Shown here one piece after another: positions 58,214-64,000 of a stretch of DNA of 64,000 nt (within the stretch, counting starts at the first letter, position 1; each line of letters starts with the position of its first letter). The stretch lies in IMG/VR virus record IMGVR_UViG_3300013936_000021, positions 1 through 64,000 of that record. One strand, given 5' to 3'. Below the pieces are notes generated by a model. It was given only the letters and a program-made list of their open reading frames with translations, was not told the DNA's origin and searched no databases. The translations under genes were made by a program, and so were the position numbers. This stretch comes from a virus (Duplodnaviria; Caudoviricetes).

Positions 58214-58813
58214 ATGGAGAACAAAGACAACAAACAGGAGAGAAGAGTTGAGGTCAGGCGCATCACCGCATGGCAAGAGGTGTTGAATGCCGCTCGCTTC
58301 ACCCAACGTAAGGCCCCGCTTGACAAGGAACCGAGCGATGAGTTTAAGTTGAAGATCATTCGTGCCGAGCACTCGCCACTTCGGGCGTTGATGTTCACGA
58401 TTGATTTCTACGACATTCCTTATTACGTGAGTGTTCACCTCTGCCGACACGTTCACGCACAACCTTTCGTAAGCACGTCGCGGCCCGACATCGACGGCAA
58501 CATGAAACCGCGAGAGGAGCAGAAGAAGACGGACAGGGTTAACATGCGCCTACTGGTTAACGCCCAGGAGATAATCAATATCTCCCGTGTGCGCTTGTGT
58601 AACAAGGCCGAGAGTGAGACACATCTTTGGTGGCGCGAGGCCATGAGAGAACTGATGAAGACCGAACCACTTCTTGTGCGTGCTTGCGTGCCTAACTGCA
58701 CGTATCGCGGCTTCTGCCCAGAGCTGAAACCTTGCGGACTGGCCGAAGGAAAGATATTCGAGGTCAAGCACGACATTTACATTTACAATCTAAAACACGT
58801 AAGCCATGATTGA
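58214..58813 (+). CDS. thyX: FAD-dependent thymidylate synthase-like protein
   Basis: AEHSPLR, VSVHLCRH, STSR, RLCNKAESE, PNCTYRGFCPE. Confidence 0.75.
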   Translation: MENKDNKQERRVEVRRITAWQEVLNAARFTQRKAPLDKEPSDEFKLKIIRAEHSPLRALMFTIDFYDIPYYVSVHLCRHVHAQPFVSTSRPDIDGNMKPREEQKKTDRVNMRLLVNAQEIINISRVRLCNKAESETHLWWREAMRELMKTEPLLVRACVPNCTYRGFCPELKPCGLAEGKIFEVKHDIYIYNLKHVSHD

Positions 58814-59189
58814 CAAAGGAAAAATCGCATCTGTTGTCGGCAAATATGCAGACGATTACAATCTCGGCTTAGTAGCCGTTGATACTCCAAACGAGCAGAT
58901 TGCATCGCTTGTACAGACGCTGCGCAATTCGCTTGAACAAGGGATTTACCTTGGACAAGAGATGTTTCTCAAATCCCTTTGGCACACAGCAGGCGAACAG
59001 CCGGACGTTAAGCTCGAAGGGCATGTAATCTGCGAGACAAACGAAAAAGGAGAAGCAAGCCTTGCAATGGTGGCAAATATTAATGCGGAGACATGGAAAG
59101 CCTATGTTAGTATTAACAAAGTCGCCTTTTGGTTTTACTTAGACGACTTAATATATAAGAATGAGGAAGACAGCGATGAGGGAGTATAA
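58806..59189 (+). CDS. Hypothetical protein
   Basis: LWH..E.P...W.YL.DL family, similar to 60574-60912. Confidence 0.55.
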   Translation: MIDKGKIASVVGKYADDYNLGLVAVDTPNEQIASLVQTLRNSLEQGIYLGQEMFLKSLWHTAGEQPDVKLEGHVICETNEKGEASLAMVANINAETWKAYVSINKVAFWFYLDDLIYKNEEDSDEGV

Positions 59190-59352
59190 GGTTGGCGAGC
59201 GTATCGTGATTGAAGTTGTAGAGGGCAATAAGTGTGAAGAGTGCTTCTTTGCAACAAGTACAGGAGCTTGCATTGCATATAGCAATTATCCATGCGCTGC
59301 ACGAAGTCGCAAAGACCACAAAAATGTAATTTATAAACAAGTAGAATAAAAA

Positions 59353-59589
59353 ATGGACGAAGGAACATCCAACAAAGTTATTGAGCTGAACGACAAGCTC
59401 AGCGAGCTGGAAACGCTACAATCAGCGTTGACCACCGCATCGCTCGAACTGCGTCTTCCGACGGGCGCATTGTTCAAGATGAGCAAGAGGACCTACATGC
59501 AGAACTTGCTCGACCGCTACACGGTGATGGTGCAAAAGGACGTAGAGGAAGAAATCAACGCAATCAAAAAGCAGATTGAAGCACTATGA
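59353..59589 (+). CDS. Hypothetical coiled-coil protein
   Basis: 78 aa ORF. Confidence 0.5.
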   Translation: MDEGTSNKVIELNDKLSELETLQSALTTASLELRLPTGALFKMSKRTYMQNLLDRYTVMVQKDVEEEINAIKKQIEAL

Positions 59590-59801
59590 TAGAGAACATC
59601 ATCAAGAAGATGCTGCGCAAGTGGTTGAAGAAGAAGCTCTACACCAGCGGAGACAAATTGAGCCTTAACATAGATAGATTTAACTGGGTTTTCGGCTCGC
59701 CACTCCACAAGTGGAAAGGCCGTATTTGGGTCGTCAAGAACAACCCTTATGCGAGCAAGGACTTCTGTAAGCAAGTGTACAAAGAGTATCTTAACAAATA
59801 G
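59586..59801 (+). CDS. Hypothetical protein
   Basis: Coupled ORF. Confidence 0.5.
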   Translation: MIENIIKKMLRKWLKKKLYTSGDKLSLNIDRFNWVFGSPLHKWKGRIWVVKNNPYASKDFCKQVYKEYLNK

Positions 59802-59803
59802 CT

Positions 59804-60571
59804 ATGGAAGGAAAAAGAATTAACATTGCGGATATTCTCCGCTACGTGCCGAAAGGCACACGGCTGTATTCGCCCGTCTGCGGATATGTGGAGCTATTGG
59901 AAATAGACAAGTTTGACCGGATAGCTTGCAACCCTCCTGAAGTGAGAACCCCAAAGCCTACTTTTCTGTTCAATGCCGACGGCACGGCCTATCTTGGCGA
60001 GTGCGAGGTAAAGATGAAAGGCGAGTGCATGTTGTTCCCATCTCATATCTGCCGCAGCTGGAACGCCTTTTATTTCCGTAGCGGCGAGTACGTCTCCATT
60101 GATTTCTACTATTCGTATGGCGAAAAGCTGACGTATGTCATCCTCTATCGGGAGTCTTATGCGTCTATCCGTATCGATGCGTATGCCGCGCTGAACGTGA
60201 ACGGCAAGACTTTTAGGACTGACTGGCAGAGCGACTTTCTTCCCATGGCCTTTGAGGAAAGGGAAATGGTAGTGCGCCCAGCTTCGGATGACGAGATTAA
60301 GATGTTCAATGGGGCGATGGACAAAGCGGGATATGTGTGGAATGCCGAGACTAAGGAACTGTCCAAGCATTCACGTTTCAAGCCTTTCGACAAGGTAGTA
60401 GCACGTGATAACTATGACCATAAATGGCAATGTGATTTCTTTAGTCACTTTGATAAGGATTCAGACGATGCTGATTGCGTTATATGTGTTGGTGGATTGT
60501 ATTATGAAGTCCTTCCTTATAACGAGGAGACTGCTAAACTGGTTGGTACAACTGATAATTGGGAGTGTTAG
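59804..60571 (+). CDS. Hypothetical protein
   Basis: PKGTRLYSPVCG and FKPFDKVVARD...PYNEETAKLVGTT motifs of Prevotella/Bacteroides phage proteins. Confidence 0.65.
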   Translation: MEGKRINIADILRYVPKGTRLYSPVCGYVELLEIDKFDRIACNPPEVRTPKPTFLFNADGTAYLGECEVKMKGECMLFPSHICRSWNAFYFRSGEYVSIDFYYSYGEKLTYVILYRESYASIRIDAYAALNVNGKTFRTDWQSDFLPMAFEEREMVVRPASDDEIKMFNGAMDKAGYVWNAETKELSKHSRFKPFDKVVARDNYDHKWQCDFFSHFDKDSDDADCVICVGGLYYEVLPYNEETAKLVGTTDNWEC

Positions 60572-60573
60572 TT

Positions 60574-60912
60574 ATGGACGAAAAGAAGATAGAAGAAGCA
60601 AAGAAAGCTTTTATTGCCGACAAGAAAATTCTAGGCATCGAGGCAATGAATGATTTGGCTTGTGGCTTCAAGGCAGGTGCTCACTGGGCAATCGAGCAGT
60701 TCTTGAAAGACCTGTGGCATAATGCCGAGGAAGAGCCAGACAAGGGTAAGGTTCTTATCATTCGTTTTGATGCCGGCTATGCTTATTTTGGATTCAAGGT
60801 CTCAATGGCTTGGCGAGAAGAACCTTGGGAGCATTCAATTAGCAGATGCAAAATCAATCAGTGGGCTTATCTGTCAGATATTCTTCCAAAGCAGGAAGGA
60901 GGTGACGAATGA
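60574..60912 (+). CDS. Hypothetical protein
   Basis: FKAGAHW...LWHNAEEEP...WAYLSDILP. Confidence 0.6.
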   Translation: MDEKKIEEAKKAFIADKKILGIEAMNDLACGFKAGAHWAIEQFLKDLWHNAEEEPDKGKVLIIRFDAGYAYFGFKVSMAWREEPWEHSISRCKINQWAYLSDILPKQEGGDE

Positions 60913-61412
60913 TTAAGCTATCTCTTGATCGCCACGATTTTGTGGCAGCCGTGGAAGGCTTCGCACGCGGTTCTCACCTCCGCCAGCACGTATGGCGAGA
61001 AATCGTGTTCAAGTCCATTCCGCAGATGAGCGAGGATGAGATGGACTTCTTCTGGTTCATCTTTAGACGTAACCTTTGGGACTGTTACTTCGGAGGGTTT
61101 GCCAATAGAGTAGGCGCAGAAGACTACCTTCATGTGCTTGCCGCCTTACACCGAGGAAACCGCTCGTATGTGCGCTTCAAGCCGAGAGGTGACGGAAAGA
61201 AGTACAATGCTCTCTGCTACACGTTCATGGGCAAGCTGCGCCCACTGTACTTTAATGGTGAAACGGAGTTACAATGCTTTGACGACTTTGTTCCTGGCGA
61301 GTGGGTGCTAAAACAGAAGCAGCTCCCCATGCCAGAGAACAAGTACGTACAAGACTCCATGCTGGAGCTGTGGCATGATTTGTCAATCTATAACAAAGAG
61401 GATTTAGTATGA
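60909..61412 (+). CDS. Hypothetical protein
   Basis: 167 aa coupled ORF. Confidence 0.6.
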   Translation: MIKLSLDRHDFVAAVEGFARGSHLRQHVWREIVFKSIPQMSEDEMDFFWFIFRRNLWDCYFGGFANRVGAEDYLHVLAALHRGNRSYVRFKPRGDGKKYNALCYTFMGKLRPLYFNGETELQCFDDFVPGEWVLKQKQLPMPENKYVQDSMLELWHDLSIYNKEDLV

Positions 61413-61591
61413 AAAAGAAAATCAAAGTTTACATGCTGGCAACACAATCGCCAGGCAGCTTCGGTGTCTACACGTTGGACAAAGTGTATTGCTTCCCTAC
61501 TCATGAGGAACGGCGTGATTTTATGGAAAAAACAATCGGAAGAGATTTTGTGTGCGACTGCTTTGATGATGAAATGGAGGTGGATATATGA
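61409..61591 (+). CDS. Hypothetical protein
   Basis: Coupled ORF. Confidence 0.5.
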   Translation: MKKKIKVYMLATQSPGSFGVYTLDKVYCFPTHEERRDFMEKTIGRDFVCDCFDDEMEVDI

Positions 61592-61717
61592 AAATCAGAC
61601 TTGCTAAGAAGATTGCGCTTACTCCTATCAATAGGCTTGCTCCAAAATGGCTCGCCGCTGCCTTCGTGGGGGGCAAAGATGGAAGAATTGCTATCGCACT
61701 AAGAAAAGCAGAAAAAT

Positions 61718-62041
61718 ATGGAAGAAAACACTAAAGTAGGCAACACCTACTACATCGGCCACATCTCTTGTGACACGAAAAACGCCATGATGAAGGAGAT
61801 TGCCGACTTCATCAATGACTACGAGTACACGCTCCTTCATGCCGAAGCAAGCGAGTTCTTTAACTCGGTCAAGGCCAGCATTGACGATATATGCGCCAAG
61901 CACAAGCGATGCAAGCCTGTGCAACTGCAAATGTCAACAGGCTTCTTTTGCGTCAACATCTACGCTCGCAAGCCTGGCTCCGATACATCTATCATCAGCA
62001 TCACGTTGAACGAGGTGCTGAGAGTGCTAAAAATAAAATAA
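61718..62041 (+). CDS. Hypothetical protein
   Basis: 107 aa ORF. Confidence 0.55.
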   Translation: MEENTKVGNTYYIGHISCDTKNAMMKEIADFINDYEYTLLHAEASEFFNSVKASIDDICAKHKRCKPVQLQMSTGFFCVNIYARKPGSDTSIISITLNEVLRVLKIK

Positions 62042-62061
62042 CATGAAATTTATATGCAATT

Positions 62062-62535
62062 ATGAAAGTAAGATTTAAGAGACTACACCCTAACGCCGTC
62101 ATCCCGACAAAGGCGCACGATGACGACTACTGCTACGACTGCTATGCGGTCAGCGAAGAGGAGATCGCGCCTAACGTGTGGAAGTACGGACTTGGCTTCG
62201 CCTTGCAAGCGGTCACGGACGACGAAGAGAATGACCCGGATGATTACTGGATCAATCATTGTCTTACCCTATGCTTCACTGGTCGGCCGCGTTCTTCGAT
62301 ATGGGAGACGGGAATGATTCTGTCAAACTGCCTCGGCACGATAGACAAAGGCTACACGGGCGAGATTTCTATGGTGTTCTACCATGTCATGCCTAATATG
62401 CCACGCTATAAGGTTGGCGACAAGATTTGCCAACTTCACAAAGACGTGGCCGAACGTCTCGAATTTATTGAAGTAGACGAGCTCCATAAGACCGACAGAG
62501 GCTCAGGAGCGTATGGCTCAACAGGTAGAAGATGA
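62062..62535 (+). CDS. dut: dUTPase
   Basis: RPRSSI, GTIDKGYTGEI, GDKICQL, RGSGAYGSTG. Confidence 0.92.
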   Translation: MKVRFKRLHPNAVIPTKAHDDDYCYDCYAVSEEEIAPNVWKYGLGFALQAVTDDEENDPDDYWINHCLTLCFTGRPRSSIWETGMILSNCLGTIDKGYTGEISMVFYHVMPNMPRYKVGDKICQLHKDVAERLEFIEVDELHKTDRGSGAYGSTGRR

Positions 62536-63164
62536 CGGCATTTCAAAAGACCCCGAAGGAAGTCGAAGACTACGTCGTTGCGCATATCAACGACCGCCCA
62601 AGGGCGAAGGTCGCTAAAGACTGCGGCGTTTGCATGTCAACGCTATATCGCATCATCCGGCAACACGGAGGCGAGTTAAGGCATGATCTTTCAACCAAGC
62701 ACGAGAACATAGAGGAAACGATACGCGAACTGTGGCCGACAATGACCGCAAGTGAAATATCTAAAGCTACTGGCATCAGTAGGTCTGTTGTGATACGTTG
62801 GAAGGGTAGGCTCGGCTTGAAACATTCGTCTGAAACGGAAAGCCGGATAAAAGAACAGAGAGCCGAGAAGTTCCGCCTTGCTAAGCTGACGATGGATCGG
62901 TCAAAGATGGCCGCATCATGGATGCACACAAGACGCATGGACGAATGGCGCGCCCTGGGAGGCATGAAGCAGAAGACGAAGTTCAAGATAAAGGTCGTAC
63001 CAAACAAGACATACCGTGTCATGTGGTACCTCTCGAAGAAGTATAACTACTTCTTTGAGAACGACAAGACTACCGTCTACTTCGATTCAATGACAGCAAG
63101 GACGAAGAATGAGAAATACTTCATCGAGAAGTATGGCATCCGCTTTGAGGAAGTGGACGGCTGA
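62532..63164 (+). CDS. Double-HTH DNA-binding protein
   Basis: VAKDCGVCMSTLYRII and ISKATGISRSVV. Confidence 0.7.
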   Translation: MTAFQKTPKEVEDYVVAHINDRPRAKVAKDCGVCMSTLYRIIRQHGGELRHDLSTKHENIEETIRELWPTMTASEISKATGISRSVVIRWKGRLGLKHSSETESRIKEQRAEKFRLAKLTMDRSKMAASWMHTRRMDEWRALGGMKQKTKFKIKVVPNKTYRVMWYLSKKYNYFFENDKTTVYFDSMTARTKNEKYFIEKYGIRFEEVDG

Positions 63165-63171
63165 AGCTAAA

Positions 63172-63211
63172 GAAGGGGCGGCTACTCGGCAATGGGTGGT
63201 CGCCCCTTTTT
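63172..63211. terminator. Bidirectional terminator
   Basis: AAGGGGCGGCTACT/GGTGGTCGCCCCTTTTT. Confidence 0.7.
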
Positions 63212-63215
63212 GCGT

Positions 63216-63647
63216 TTATGGGTTCAAGTCACGGAACACGTCTCCTCCGTTTCCGAGAAACGCTTGGCACTCGTCAAATATCTTGTCGTTGAAGTCATCG
63301 CTTGTCATGTGCGGGAACCACTTGCGGATTTTCTTTCCGTGCCGTCTTTCCATCTCACCCCAAAGCACAAGCCAGTCATGCAGCGTCACTCTTTGCTGCG
63401 ACTTGTTTAGTTTCCAATAACGTTCCGCCTTGTCTTTGGAGCGCTGGAAACCGATAAGAGCAAGATGAAACCCTGATAGAAAACCATCATAGTGGCTTCC
63501 AGAAACCTCCGACTGGACTTGCTTCATCATCAGTAGGCGTTGATTTCCGCCCATGTCAACATCTGCTCTCTCAGCCATGATGGCTACAACATTCTTGATG
63601 GCGTTGATGTCGTCACTTGCCATTACTTTTCTTAGCGTCTCGTTCAT
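63216..63647 (-). CDS. Hypothetical protein
   Basis: 143 aa ORF convergent on terminator. Confidence 0.55.
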   Translation of the reverse strand: MNETLRKVMASDDINAIKNVVAIMAERADVDMGGNQRLLMMKQVQSEVSGSHYDGFLSGFHLALIGFQRSKDKAERYWKLNKSQQRVTLHDWLVLWGEMERRHGKKIRKWFPHMTSDDFNDKIFDECQAFLGNGGDVFRDLNP

Positions 63648-64000
63648 AATTAATTATGCTTGTTTATGGTTTGCTGTTACAGGATTTACCCTCCCACCGC
63701 AAGTCATTCCGTGAGCAACGACTTTAGCTCTGCGAAACCGTCCGTGGTTATGTTTATGCTCCTCTTGTATCTGCCATATCCATGATACACAATCTTTTCT
63801 TGTTTTACCTTTTGTTGAACTAACTCTATTGTAACGTTACGGGCACAAAATTAGCGAGTTACGACCACAAAGGCCATAACTCGCTCACACATTCTGTTTC
63901 TCGCTGATAACAAGAGAGATAAGGTGAAAGGAGGGAGGCTCATGTTTGAGCATGTAGAAACAAAAAGCCTACCTCGATGTGAGGTAGGCCGAAATATTTA

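Noticed and set aside
1-64000. CRISPR array, DGR or IS element
   Set aside because: No regularly spaced repeats, reverse transcriptase or transposase seen in the window

Overview
64 kb of a temperate siphovirus of a Bacteroidota host (probably Prevotella-like, judged from TAnnTTTG promoters), in excised/virion form: an intact attP (3' half of tRNA-Gly CCC) lies between integrase and CI-like repressor. Modules: packaging and large tail gene (minus strand, 1-8.6 kb), head/tail/tape measure (8.7-20.3 kb), a minus-strand accessory block with two methyltransferases (20.3-28.3 kb), a likely terminus region and anti-defence early genes (28.3-37.3 kb), lysogeny, recombination, replication and nucleotide metabolism genes (38-63.6 kb). 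Main finding: at 20.3-22.9 kb a circularly permuted C5 cytosine methyltransferase with no recognisable internal target-recognition domain is flanked by eight overlapping 50-70 codon mini-genes resembling stand-alone TRD modules. Three are frameshifted exactly at G7-G9 runs and the core gene has an in-frame G9 run, suggesting a modular, phase-variable multispecific methylation system. Second: three tandem covarying tRNA-like RNAs without anticodon loops at 48.7-49.0 kb. All calls come from reading the sequence; no database searches were run.
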